64,000 nt of DNA from Felis catus (taxonomy: Eukaryota): NCBI RefSeq assembly GCF_018350175.1, contig NC_058368.1:189412001-189476000 (forward strand), written 5' to 3'. The notes beneath the pieces were generated by a model that saw only the letters and a program-made list of their open reading frames with translations, was not told where the DNA came from and searched no databases. Within the stretch, counting starts at the first letter, position 1. Each line of letters begins with the position of its first letter. This document shows positions 63,625-64,000 of this stretch, piece by piece. The translations under genes were made by a program, and so were the position numbers.

Positions 63625-63833
63625 AAAATAATCTTTTTTACTTTTTTTAAAATTTATTTTTGACAGAGCACAAGTGGGGGAGGGGCAGAGAAAGGAGACA
63701 CAGAATCAGAAGCAGATTCTAGGCTCTGAGCTGTCAGCACAGAGCCCGATGTGGGGCTCGAACCCATGAGCCATGAGATCATGACCTGAGCCTAAGTTGG
63801 TCACCCACCCAAGTGAGCCACCCAGTCACCCCC
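63625..63833 (-). mobile_element. felid Can-SINE (SINEC_Fc-like)
   Basis: GCTCTGAGCTGTCAGCACAGAGCCCGA..GAGCCACCCAG; TSD CTCCAAACTTCTT at 63612-63624 and 63837-63849. Confidence 0.95.
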
Positions 63834-64000
63834 AAGCTCCAAACTTCTTGAAAGCCAGGATCATGTCCATCTTGCTCATTATTACATCCCTGTAGCCAAT
63901 CACAATGCTTGACACACACGTACCACCTAACAAATATTTGAAAAATGTTTTATTAAATACTTCCCCAGTATACCTACCTAATCTCCTCACTTTGTATCTA

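Overview
Mammalian genomic DNA, almost certainly felid: the carnivore tRNA-derived SINEs carry the cat-type GCTGACAGC segment, and there are carnivore-type L1s. I find no intact protein-coding gene, rRNA, tRNA gene, CRISPR array or miRNA that I recognise. The ORF track is mostly noise from repeats and microsatellites; the only recognisable peptides are decayed L1 ORF2p C-terminal fragments. Much of the window is interspersed repeat (MIR, L2, old L1M, MaLR/ERVL LTRs, MER20/MER58 hAT elements, Can-SINEs, two younger L1s), often nested and with readable target-site duplications. Between these lie repeat-free blocks rich in homeodomain, nuclear-receptor and CRE motifs that look like enhancers or alternative promoters in a large intron or 5' region. 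The best leads are a candidate 27-nt minus-strand microexon with SRRM4-type architecture, a perfect DR2 element beside a palindromic PBX-HOX double site, a CpG-retaining promoter-like island with a minus-strand donor, and two independent L1 insertions truncated within 15 nt of the same point. I could not identify the host gene. Repeat families were assigned by eye from remembered consensus sequences, and the boundaries of old repeats are approximate. Nothing here establishes a new biological system; the findings are testable hypotheses.
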